Below are positions 1-11,541 of a DNA stretch of 64,000 nt, in pieces. The position numbers and the translations under genes were made by a program. Under the pieces are notes generated by a model. It had not been told where the DNA came from, made no database searches, and saw nothing but the letters and a program-made list of their open reading frames with translations. The stretch is taken from assembly GCA_976226885.1 (NCBI GenBank), contig OZ320315.1, positions 52,762,001 through 52,826,000 of the forward strand, given 5' to 3'. This DNA is from Iphione sp. A-MEVVRFRX5. Lineage: Eukaryota. Numbering within the stretch: position 1 is the stretch's first letter; each line of letters opens with the position of its first letter.

Positions 1-620
1 GAGGGGTATTTTCAGGAGGAGGGGCAACCACTGAAGAAAGCTCTCATCCAGCATGAGGTGGAGAAGATTTTGTGCCAGGGCATATTGGAGCCATCTACCA
101 GCCCATGGGCTTCCCGGTGGTCCTCATGAGGAAGAAGGACCAGTCATGGCACTTGTGCATTGACTACAGGGCCCTCAACTGAGTGATGAAGGATGTTTTC
201 CCCCCTGCCCTGGATTGATGAGATGTTCGATGCACTAGAAGGTGAGCAGTTCTTTACTGCCATCGACCTCACCAGTGGCTACTGGCAGGTGGGAGTCCTG
301 CCGGAGGACTGAGACAAGGCAGCTGCATTCCCCCCATGGGGTTGTACCAGTTCCAAGTCACGCCCTTCAAGCTGTGCTATGCCCTTTGAGAGAGGTCAAG
401 AGTACTGATGGAGTGAAGAGTGCCAGCAGGTGTTTGAGATGCTGAAGAGTCAACTGACCACAGCCCCCATACTGGTGTATCCCCAGCTGAAAGAACAATT
501 GACATTAGATACAGATGCGTCAGCCATGGGAGTCGGAGAGGTGCTGGCCCAAGAGCAGGCTGGGCGGGAGTGGGTCTTGGCCTATGCAAGTTGGAGTCGG
601 ACTTGTCCTGAACAGAACTA
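1..620 (+). mobile_element. Ty3/Gypsy LTR retrotransposon pol relic, 5' part (RT N-half and start of RNase H), degenerate, continues off the window start
   Basis: Broken frames give RT motifs (ILEPSTSPW, KKDQSWHLCIDYRALN, FFTAIDLTSGYWQV). After an internal deletion that removes the YxDD region come LTTAPILVYP, LDTDASAMGVG and VLAYAS...EQNY (ORF 430-669). Stops and frameshifts are present. Confidence 0.9.
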
Positions 621-1086
621 CAGTACAACCCCTGTCAGGGACCACCTCAAAACAGGGACCACCCCCTAAATAGGACCAGATTTTCAAAGAACCAAAGTAT
701 TTTCCTCTATTCTATGTTTTATAAAGTCTCAATAAGGGGACCACCTCCTAAAAGGGACCACCTCGTTTTGGACCACTTGTTAATAGAGCATAAAGTCTCA
801 CAAATGGGACCACTCTGTCATGCTGGTCCTCACAACGTCTCTCAGCCCCAAGGTGTGGATAGATCTAAGGAGGAGGCAGGCAGTGTCGCACTGAGGTGTT
901 GGTAAAATATGAGCGAATGTTCTCACCTCCCCTCGCACCTTTTATCCCCTCCTTCTGATGTTCCTTACACCTGCTCGCCAAGTCCTCACACCTCCTGTCG
1001 CACCTCTACTCAATTTCCCGCCATTTGGGACCCAGGAGAGGATATAAGAGAGGACATTTCCCCACTGCTGCATTCAGAGCTGTTCT

Positions 1087-1386
1087 GACGCTCCTACCGC
1101 CGTCCACACGCTCCTACCGCCGTCCAGACGCCCCTACCACCGTCCAGACTCTCCTACCGCCATCCAGACGCTCCTACCGCCGTCCACACGCTCCTACCGC
1201 CGTCCAGACGCCCCTACCACCGTCCAGACGCTCCTACCGCCGTCCAGACGCTCCTACTGCCGTCCACACACTCCTACCACCGTCCAGAAGCTCCTACCGC
1301 CGTCCACACACTCCTACTGCCGTTCACACACTCCTACCATTGTTCTGACACCCCTACCAACGTCCTGATACTCCTACCAGCGTCCT
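1087..1386 (+). repeat. Tandem array of 15 x 20-bp units (consensus GACGCTCCTACCGCCGTCCA) in the transposon leader
   Basis: Units start every 20 nt from 1087 to 1367 with no indels. The array ends 6 nt before the ATG at 1393. Confidence 0.95.
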
Positions 1387-1392
1387 GACACC

Positions 1393-2935
1393 ATGGCACC
1401 TTCTCCTGCAAAAAGACATGAACTGACCCTGAAAGAAAAGGTTGAAGTCATCAAAGCCAGTGAAGGAAAGTCACAGAGACAGCTGGCAGAGCAGTTTTCC
1501 ATAGGTTTGCAGGATTCTGAAGAGAAAGGCAGATTTCCTGACAGAATTTGAGAAGAACTACAACCCTGCTGCCAAGAGAAGGTGTGTGGGCCAAACTGAG
1601 TTCACAGACCTGGACAACAGAGTCTTTACTTGGTTTTCCAAGATGCGGTCCCTCTCCATACCTGTCTCTGGGCCCATGATCCAGGCCAAGGCACTCTCTC
1701 TTGCTAAAGAGGTTGGCCTTGATGATTTCAGGGCCTCCCAGGGATGGCTGGCCAGATTCAAGACAAGACACTGTATTAATGGTGCCAAAGTTTCTGGTGA
1801 AAGGGGACAGGTTCCAGATGGGGCAATCTCAGACTGGAGTGAGAGGTTACCATCTATCCTCTCTGGCTATTCCAAGAGGGACATCTATAACATGGACGAA
1901 ACAGGGCTCTTTTACAGAGCCCCGCCTGAGAGAACACTTTCTGTGAAAGGTTCTGATGTGTCTGGCAGAAAGAAGAACAAGGACAGGATCACTGTGTCCT
2001 TGTGTGTCAACATGGAAGGGACATTTGAGAAGGTGCTTGTGATAGGGAAAGCCAAGAAACCCAGGTGTTTGAGAAACTATGACATGAACACTCTTCCAGT
2101 AACCTGGAGATTTAACAAGCGTGCCTGGATGACCACAGAGTTGTTTGAAGAGTGGGTGCATGGTTTCAACAGGAAAATGAAGATGCAAGGGAGGAAAGTC
2201 ATCCTCCTCTTGGATAATGCACCCACCCATCCCCAGGGCATCCACCTCTCCAATGTCCACTTGGTGTTCCTCCCAGCAAACTGCACATCAGTCCTTCAAC
2301 CACTGGATCAAGGAGTGATACAAGCTGTGAAGATGCAGTATCGTCGGCGCTTGTTGCAGTTTGTCTTAAACAGGGCAGAAATCAACCCAGATCCTTCCCA
2401 GATCCAGAAGTCTGTAGATCTTCACCTGGTGATCACCTGGCTGAAGGAGGCAGTCTCAGCTGTGAAGGCCTCAACAGTCATGAAGTGCTTTGCAAGGGCA
2501 GGAGTAGACATTTCAGAAGCCTCAACACCAGAGCCATGTGATGAAGAAGACCCAGAGGATGATCTCCCCCTCAGTCACCTCTTACAGAAAACCCAGGAGG
2601 TTTTCAACCTGAAAGAACCCCTGACCCTAGGGGACATTGAAGAGATGGACAGTGAGTGCCTGGCTAACTGTCCAGATGACTCTGAGTGGAGCTCTCCGTC
2701 AGAAAACCCAGCCATTAATGTAGAAAAGGAAGAGGATGAGACAGAAGAGGAGTATAAGACAACAGATGGTGAAATTCAGGACATGCTCCACAAGATCAGA
2801 AAGCACTGTCTCCAGAGAAACTACTCAAACTTCCTTTCATCCTTCATGACATCAATGAAGGACTTTGAGAAAGACAAGAGGAAATGTATGAGCAAGCAGA
2901 CTGTCATGGATATTTTTCTTGTGAAGAAAGAGTAG
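1393..2935 (+). pseudogene. Tigger-like DDD transposase (psq HTH, CENP-B HTH, DDE_1) with one frameshift near 1505
   Basis: ATG 1393 reads MAPSPAKRHELTLKEKVEVIKASEGKSQRQLAEQFSIG. The reading then continues in another frame as CRILKRKADFLTEFEKN into ORF 1586-2935. That ORF has FRASQGWLARFKTRH, YNMDETGLFY, LLDNAPTHP and QPLDQGVI (DD30D spacing). Confidence 0.9.
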
Positions 2936-3276
2936 ACATATACCTCTGTAGGATAGGCTGTGTATTATGTGTCATGAAATCTTCTATTTAATTTATTTAT
3001 GATTTGTTTTTATATTGTGATATTGCCATGACATGTACATGTAGTATGTCCTTGACAGGAAACTACAAATGAAATTGAAATATGAATAAAATTCACTAAA
3101 TTATGTATAATCGTCCCTTTTTTCTATGCATGTAAGCTAACTTTCCAAATATATGTCAAATACTAAATCATAGTTTCTACAAGTGACATGTGGAAAAATT
3201 CAGAAATGGGACCACCCCCTAAATGGGACCACTTATGAAAAGAACCGAAGGTGGTCCCTTTAGTGAGGTTCTACTG

Positions 3277-6200
3277 TATTGTGTAACCTGCAAGGAGGCC
3301 CTAGTGGTCATCTGTGGGCTGAGGCAGTTTCACTCCCACGTTGGAGGATGGAGAATACCAATTCAGACAGATCACAGGTCCCTGTGCTTGCTGTGCAATT
3401 TCTGGGAGCTGGAGGGTCAGCTTGCCTGGTGGCTCAAGGAGATACATTGCTATGACTTGGACATCATCCATCATACAAGGAACGAGCACAGTAATGCAGA
3501 TGGCCTCTCCCACATGAAGTGTCAGCAGTGGGGTCGGAACCTGAGGAGGAGCTACCAGAGCTCAGGCAAGTCACCATGGTGGTAGTTGCTCCATGCTCAG
3601 GAGAAGATCTGTGGCAATTGTGTGCACAGGTGTGGCGCGAGATCTATGCAGCGATGATGGATGGCCATCTTGGACCTGAAAAGAGACTGAGAGTGCCCTG
3701 CAACAGAAATACTGCTGGCTGGGCCTTGCCCAAGACGTGGAGCATTAGGGATGGGCCTGCCAGAGTTGCAAGCAGAAGAATGACCCAGCGCACCACCATT
3801 GGGTGCCTCTGCAGTTGCAGGCGGCCCCAGGGCCCTGTTAGTTGGTGGCCATGGATGGTTGTGGCCCCTTCCCCACAATGCTGAGGGATACATCGTGTAC
3901 ATCGTGATAGTCGTCAACCATTTCACTAATTGGCCAGAAGCCTTCCTGACCCAAGAAGTAATGGCTGCTGCCTGCTGAAGGAAGTCATTTGTTAGTTTGG
4001 CCCTGCAAGGATTCCTCATTCTGCCCAAGTAAGGCACTTCTAGTCAGCTGTCATACAAGAACTGTTGCAGTTACTGGGCATCCAGCATTCTCAGACTATG
4101 CTTTCCACCCCCAGGAGTGATGGTGTCATCGAACGATTCAATTGGACCCTCGTCAGAATGCTGGTGGAGGATGAAGCCAACTGGGATGAGAAGGTCCTCT
4201 ATGTCATGGCCACTTACTGGGCAATGCCTCACCAGATGGCTGGCCTCTCCCCTAATTGGCTCATGCTGCAGTGAGAGATTACCTTGCTGATTGCTGATGG
4301 CACCCCGAGGCAAGGCCCAGCTGATATTGGAGTATGCTGAGTTGGTGTTGGAGTGTCTCACCCAAGTGCATCAGATGGTGCGGCAGCAATTACAGCAAAT
4401 GGCTAAATGGCACAAAGATTGGTACAACAAGAAGTTGTGCACACAGGAATTTGACGTAGATGATAGTGTCTTGGTATTTTCTCCACTAAAGAGGAAGGGA
4501 CACTCCCCAAAGTTGCAGTGCTGTTGGCAAGGACTGTGGACCATCTAGGCGAAGTTCAGCACAGTAATCTATTGAATAGGGAAAGGACAGAAATGATAAG
4601 TCATACATATGGACCTTTTAAAGAAAGCATTCCCTCCCAGCAGTGAAGGAGAACTTGTGTTAGGCAGGGTGTCTACCCTCCCTTGGCTAGGAGGACAATG
4701 AAAGGAGGCAGGGAAAGCTTCAGACTCCCGACGGCCGCCCCCTTTTTCAGTGTTGAGGGGGATTGGAGGCCCAGCGCACTTTAGAGACAGCCATAGATTC
4801 AGCAAACAAGAGAATTCCATTGCCAGAGCAGTGCCCCACTCTCAGAAGGAGCCTGTAGGGGTGGGTGGACCTGGTCACCCGGGAGCGGTGCATGTTAAGA
4901 GACCAGAAGTGCCAGATATCCAAGCCAGCAAGGAATATCCTTGCTTGGCATCAGGAGGACCCTGCTTGCATCCACACCTGGGCCAAGGAAATCAGGTTTT
5001 GTCAACTGTCTCCACACCCAGGGCATCACAGGGACCCACCTCCTTGACACTAGCATCCACAGCATCAATTGATGCTCAACTTTTTGGGCTGGACTCTTCT
5101 CCTGAGGAATGTGCTGCTGATCACCTTGCCCACAGGGCTTAGCAGGCAGCTGGCGCCCGTGAGAGCCATGCATGACAGCCAGAGAAGTGGGAGGAACCCA
5201 CCCCCTCTACCTCAGGGTAGGCTGTGGAGTGACCGGTGTTGCCCTTCATCTACACCAGGAGCAGCGTGTGTGCAGGGCCTGCCTACCGACAGGAGAAGGG
5301 GTGGCCGAGGACATGTCTGGCGACCAGTCCATTTCCTACATGCCCGGGCACAGTTGGGACCTTCAGGCAATGAGCAAGAAGGCCAGGGGGAAGAAACAGT
5401 ACCAGCCCCAGACATTGCCTTTCACCCCAGCCAGCCTCCCTTCCCCTGTGAAGAAGAGTGCTCCATCCAAGCCAGTGTTAGCCTCCACCATGACACCCCT
5501 ACACTGGGCAGTCATCAAGGTGGAAATCAAGGGCCCCAGTCCATCCTGGGTTCTGCATTGTCGTCCTATAGTGCAGCAGCTTGGAAACTGAATGAGTGCC
5601 TGGGGGAGGAGTGGGAGAACATGGAGCAGCAGGAGTTCCCCAGGCAGGTCATGGTCATAGGCTCTGACCGTAACTCAGAAGGGGAGGGGGAGGAGGAGCC
5701 CACCAGTGACTCTAGTACTGCCTCCAGCTCTTCGGCAGCCCTGCTAGGGGCTAGCCAGGAGGAGGCAGCCCTGGATAAAGTCTGGTATGCCCAGTTGGAC
5801 ACTGCTGGCGTACTACCACATCAGCTGAAGGAGGAGGCAGCAGAGAGTGACCTACCTTTGGAGCGGGACATCCCCCTGGCACTCGCAGGACATTGGTCTA
5901 CTGAGGTGTCCCCAGCTGTTGGGGCCCCAGCAGCACGAGTTGCCACCCCTCCCCCAGCACTCCCAGGACGTTGATCTGCTGAGGGGCCCTCTACCATCAG
6001 GGCCCTGGCATTGACAGATACCATTCCCCCAGTACTCCCAGGACAATGGTCCACTGAGGGCCCCCCCCCCACTGCGGGGGCCCCTGCGACACTGGATGGT
6101 ATCCCTCCACCACTCCCAGGATGGTGGTCCCCTCCAGAAAGGGGCACGAGGCCGGGGAGGCAGCATGGGCAGCCTGAGCGGATCCACCACCGGTGGCAAT

Positions 6201-7009
6201 ATGGAGTCAGACTTGGCCACCAGCACACCAGCATCCCTGGGCTGGCAGTCTGGCCGACCCCAAACGTGGATAGGGGCAGAGCCAGGGGGCACTGAGGCCA
6301 AGGCAACTTGTGCCCCTTTTCTAGATGCTGGAGGCCACCCCTGGGCCCGTCAACAGCCCCAATGGACATGGCCACTGTTTGTGAACAGATTGTCCAGTGG
6401 GTGCATCCCCCAGTGATCACCCAAGAACTGTATCCCCAGTGGGCTAGAGACCACCACTGGGATGGTGGCCACCAGTGTCCACCACCACTGCGATAGCCAC
6501 CATCACCCAACAACCAGACTTCACTGCGGTGAGATTCCGTCAGGTTGCTCAACTGGTCCTGTGGGCTGTGAGGCCAGATAAGGCCGCCAAACTGTCCAGT
6601 TTGGTGGCCCTCCTACAACTCCTACAGTTGCCCCGGTATTAGTGTGCTTTGAACTGTCTGTACATTGACTGGATGAGGAGAGAGCGGACCTTGGTTTAGA
6701 GGAGGAGTTCCAAGTGACTCAGATCCAGGGGGGAACTAGTAGAGGTTCACCCATTTTACCATTTACAAGTACAAGTAAGATAAGTCAAGTTTGTGTTATA
6801 AGAGTTTTATTAGTGTTCTTAGTGCTGAAGTTGTTTTTTTAGCCTGTACTGTCTCTTGACATATTAGGATGACCTGTAGTGGTTCCTTTATCCAAGTTCT
6901 TGGGGTGCACTTTCATGCACCCTTGTCAGTCGACTCAGAGCCTGAGCTGTCTTGGGGGGGATAGTGTGGAAGGCTCTGACTGAGGTGGAGCCCGCAGGGA
7001 AATGTCACA
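3277..7009 (+). mobile_element. Gypsy relic, 3' part: rest of RNase H, integrase, long low-complexity 3' region, possible 3' LTR at ~6738-7009
   Basis: Resumes as YCVTCKEALVVI...IQTDHRSL...EGQLAWWL...HSNADGLS. Integrase pieces RSDGVIERFNWTL and WYNKK...FDVDDSVLVFSP...SPKLQCCWQG. A G-rich PPT-like AGGGGGGAAC near 6727 and TGTCACA at 7003-7009 suggest an LTR; that boundary is tentative. Confidence 0.75.
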
Positions 7010-7049
7010 GTTGGTGGGGCTCCATTTGGAGTCACGTTTATATATCAAA

Positions 7050-8629
7050 GCAGGGCTGGGTGAAGGCTCATTTTCATTTGTGATTTTGCTCTTCAGAAAA
7101 AAACATCTTGAAAGTGTAACCATGAATCATGTCACTTTGTTCAGGCCGAACAAAATTTTTCTCAGGACTGATCAAAGTTTTAGTGTCCCTGTATTTGCCC
7201 TCCTTTCTCTTTGTGTTGGTTCCAGACAAACTGAAGTCAGCTTTGGTAACAGTTCCTACCTGGCCTCACAGGGCCTGGTTCAGCAGGTTGCTGCAGATAG
7301 CCTCTCAACCCCTTTTCATGTTCAGAAAGCCAAAATTCAACACTCGAAATTAGCTGGACGGTACATGAAGCAGGGGCATAAAAATTATGGCCCTTCTTTG
7401 TTGAATGCAGTTCTCAATGACAAGATTATCCACTTCCAGGAAAGCCATTATGTTGCACTCTTGGAGGCCTAAGATTAGATTGGTTTATGATTCCTATCAT
7501 AAAAAGTGGAATAGTTTGTGCTTCCAGAAGGATTGGGATCTTCTGAACCATTCCCTTAGATAGGACATGTAGTTCCTCATTGACTTGTTCGATAAAGGAT
7601 ATTAGACACAGTGCTCTGAACACTGCCAGAAGTGCTTTATCTACTGTCTGTCCTTTTTTTTGAGTGATTCACTTATGCTAAGCATCCTGATGTTGTCAGG
7701 TTACTCACTGGTTTTATCATTGTTAGGCATACTGTAGCTAGTGTGGACTACACCTGGGAGGTGTTAAATTTTCTTAACCTCTTGGGTCTCTGTCATCCCT
7801 GTCTCTTAAGAAGTTGACATTAAAATGTAATATGCTTCTTTTTCGGCCACTGGTAGTATAATACAGACTATATGTAATATTCAGCTCTCCAGTATTCATG
7901 AAATCAGGAATGGTAGTCTACAGATAGTCTTCATTCTAGGAAGGGTAGATGTGCTTCTAAAATCAAATGGCTGCCTCTTGAAAGCTTAGCCAGGTATTTG
8001 TGTGGTCAAGTGTCTTCAAGAATACATTGGTAGGACTGCATCTCTCAGGGGAAATCAAGAGCTTGATTCATTATTTCATTTTCAGATTGCCATAAGTCCA
8101 TTTCTTTATCCAATCTGGCGAGGTGGACTAAGAGAGTGATGTCTCTAGCCAGAATTGATACTCAGATCTATTCTGCTCACCAAAATAGATCTGCCTCTTC
8201 TTCTAAGTTGGCTAAAATGGGTATGGCTTTGCCAAAAATTATAAATACATGTAAATGTCATCATACTGATAATTTCAAGCTTTTTTACTTGGAGGATATG
8301 CAGCAATAGGCTATTTTTTTTCACCTCAGAACCTCATGGCTTTGAAGTCTCAGGAAGCCACCTAGTGTCCTCTTTTGGTACTAAAGTTCATAGATTTAGT
8401 GAACTTAACCAGTGAAAGGTGGTCTTGAGTTTGTATCAGAAAGTGGACAGCTGGTGTCTAAGTACCCCCCTCTCCCTCCCTTGGATTGTTTGGTTATTGT
8501 TGTATTAGTCTCTGAGGTTTCTCTTCTTATCCTATGGACCCATCGATTAACAAAAAATCAAACCAGATGGTGCTAGTGAATATGACCTATTTATGCTAGA
8601 CCTCAGCAAAGGTTTACAGTCTCTACCAA
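7050..8629 (+). mobile_element. Degenerate DIRS1-like relic (3' half: methyltransferase domain, YR, ICR, right end)
   Basis: ORF 7129-7353 VTVPTWPHRAWFSRLLQ...FMFRKPKFNT matches VVPSWPHRAWYSRVLQ...VFRKSKFNT of the element at 16257-21753. 8335-8420 (CATGGCTTTGAAGTCTCAG...CTAAAGTT) is homologous to its ICR. The right end resembles the ATCTACTAA terminus. Confidence 0.85.
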
Positions 8630-11541
8630 ATCCTTTGTAAAATCTGTCACTTTGACCTGTTCCAGTTCTCTCATTTCTCAACAGAACTCTTTGATAATTT
8701 GAACGAATGATCTTTAATACCTTAGCTATATATATGCCAAACCATTTCTTCCTACCTTACACAGTTTTATCATGGCGACCTGAGGAAAATCCTCCTCTTT
8801 CTTTTAGTCTGTTTGCTAGGCCATGTGCACATTGTTTGCTGAGGTAGGAGTGTCACTGCCCATGCGCAGAGCGCTAGTTGCAACAAGGGGTGTGGCAACA
8901 GGCCACACCCCTTCTGAAAGAGTAAAACATGCCTTGTTGTTACTCAAAAATTGATGGGCTCATTGCTGTCTTTCAAAAAGTTTATAGGTATAGCAGTTGA
9001 CTCCTGCAGCATCTGGACTATATCTGTTACATGCTAGTGTCCACCATCTGGTTCAAAATCATGACTACATTTCACTAGTAAATTCATGTGATCTACTACT
9101 TTTCATTTTATCAGATTTAAAGATATTAGCCAATTTACACAGAGGTAGAAAGTTGTAGTGTAAGATCAATATGAGTCCTCAGTGGTAATATACTATGCTT
9201 GTGTTCATGAAGTTTCTGATAACGAAGTAATTATCTAGAACACATCCACTTCAATAAGAGAGGTATACCTGTATATAGACTGAGGCGACATTGTCTGTGC
9301 ACAGGTTCAACATATCAAGAAAATGAGTTTTTAAAAAGTGCATCTTCTTTGTGTGGTAATTTGCAGAAGAGCATCAGCCAGCGCTTTAAGGAGCACATTG
9401 AGATAAAGGACCTTCCGCCATTATACCGTCGAGCAAGGGCCAAGCAGATCGCCATCGATACATCAGAGAACACGGACCTTGGACTGTGTGCCCTCTTCAC
9501 TCCAGAACAGGGGGAGCACACCAACCACTTCTAGAAGGGATTTAGAATTAAGACAGTTACCACCGTCTAGTGGTCGTTCATGCTAGGGATGAGTTTGGCT
9601 GTACCACATGAGGCCAAAGGCCAAGTGTAACACAGCTAAATGAGTCCCTAAGCATGGACTGCCACTGTGAGGTGGTGGTACTGTTTTTTACTCACCATAA
9701 TTAAGCATAGAAACACTGTATAGTACAGATCATAAAAAAATTATATATTCACGAAATTAATTTTGACCCTGTGCTGCACAGGAAGGCAGTATACAGTTGT
9801 GTACCGCATGCCCGTTAGAGGGTACTACACTGTCATGTACTATATAGGGACGAGATAAATGCTTGTATCTTCACCTTTTACACGAAAGAATCTTGCAGCT
9901 TCATAGCGGTAAAATAGATTGGATTAAACCACGAATTTAAAAAAAAGTATTCGAGGGCAGCACAGGTCGAGTTTGTTGCTACTTTAATTGGTAAGCTTGG
10001 TTTGATGGCAAGCATCATTAAGGTAGCTCAGGTCTTAGCTTCCAGGAAGGAGGTTGAGAAGGTTCTCTTACCATTGCTCCTCAATTATGGCCCGACTTAT
10101 GGTAGATGGTGTTCTTTTCAAACAGGTTCTGGCATCACATCGTCTAGTAAACGCTTCACTAAAAGCTGCTTGAACGTGCGTGATCTTAGGTAATTTATTT
10201 GGTGCACATGAAGGACAAGTCAACGCATTGGATTGGGAGGTCCAAGGGAAAATTCTTGCAGCTACCTATTATTGCATTTATTTCTTCGATTAAAGAAAGC
10301 TGACGTACTGTTTTTGTCATCTAAGAAGGCTCCACTTAATGCAGAATGTAGGTCAAATAAAAAAGTAATAGGACAAATCAGAAATTAGGATCGGCTGCAG
10401 CTTTTTCTCTCACGCCGACTTCCAATTACAGATCTCTTTATTTACCTTTATGTTTGTTGTAATGACCAGTGGCGTGGTGGTGTTAGGTGAAGATCACCGT
10501 GCAGAGAAACACGGGGTGATATTTTTATGTAAACGGCTTCATTGACGTTGGTCATAAGTGTATGTTAATTCCTTTTCCCACTTAGAAATCACGGATATCA
10601 GTCTCCAACGTGGGCATCATTTCATGGTGCTATGATAAAATCTAGCATGTATAATGGAAATACAGGCAACTTTTGTTTCAAGGAGACATTTTGAAGAAAC
10701 ATGGACATCGTAAATAGTACATGTAAAACAATTATAGATGCATTGCGGAACCTGGTTTTGAGCTTTCCCATATAGAGTTTTGAGTGATTTGGTAAACATG
10801 AACTGTAACTAAGGATTTAATAGAATTATTGTCACAAATATTGTCATTTGTGTCTGGGCTTGAAATAAATCTTTTTTTTCCCATTACACAAAGATCTCTG
10901 CATCTGTAATACTTTGTGAAATGAAACGTTTCTGTTACATGAAACCTGTGTATCTATCCCATTTTGTGAAATGAGATACCTATTACATGATCTGTGTATT
11001 TTTCACTTTGTGAAATGCATTTACGGCTTCCTCATTTTATGTGCAACATACACACATGCCACGAAATATTTCTACTGAATAAAAATATATACAATGAATT
11101 CTTAACCACCATTAATCTATCACAAATTATTTTATCAAAATTCGAGGGAAAATTCACTTAGTTTATATATTAATACATTTAGGAACGAAGTTAAAAGATG
11201 ACACTTATGAATACATGTACATATAATTTAAGGCCATATCAACAAGCCGAGCTGTCTACTGAACCATTAGGCATTGACTGAGCTATCACAATTTCATCAT
11301 CCCGTCCTTTTGACTGAAACCTTCCAGTTTCTAGAGCAACGTAAATGAGCTGGACTTCCTTGAAAATTATGAAATGTGGCTAAATGCATGCGATGCAAAA
11401 GGAGCGAATGGCGTTTAGCATTACAATCATAATGGGGGATTGGCAAATGTCTTTGCATGATGCATTCTGCCCTGGCACACTTCCTCTCCCGCCTTTCTGC
11501 CAACACTTAGTGTCATTCAGCTAAGTTGAGTGCTAATGTCA

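Larger units (their letters stand above)
621..3276 (+). mobile_element. pogo/Tigger-family DNA transposon, 2656 bp, nested in the Gypsy RNase H
   Basis: TA at 619-620 and 3277-3278. Left end CAGTACAACCCCTGTCAGGGACCACC; right end (reverse complement) CAGTAGAACCTCACTAAAGGGACCACC. Multiple subterminal GGGACCAC motifs at both ends, an internal transposase ORF, and AATAAA at 3085-3090. Confidence 0.95.

Noticed and set aside
1025-1348. 107-aa repetitive ORF, and a CRISPR-like look of the 20-bp array
   Set aside because: The ORF is just the translation of a head-to-tail tandem repeat. There are no unique spacers or cas genes, and the context is eukaryotic.
5069-6552. 301-aa and 243-aa ORFs as host genes
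   Set aside because: Low complexity, no recognisable domain, inside the Gypsy 3' region, and no splice structure.
9349-9534. SISQRFKEH resembling a GIY-YIG endonuclease segment
   Set aside because: No upstream GIY/YIG motifs or RT could be recognised; too short to call.
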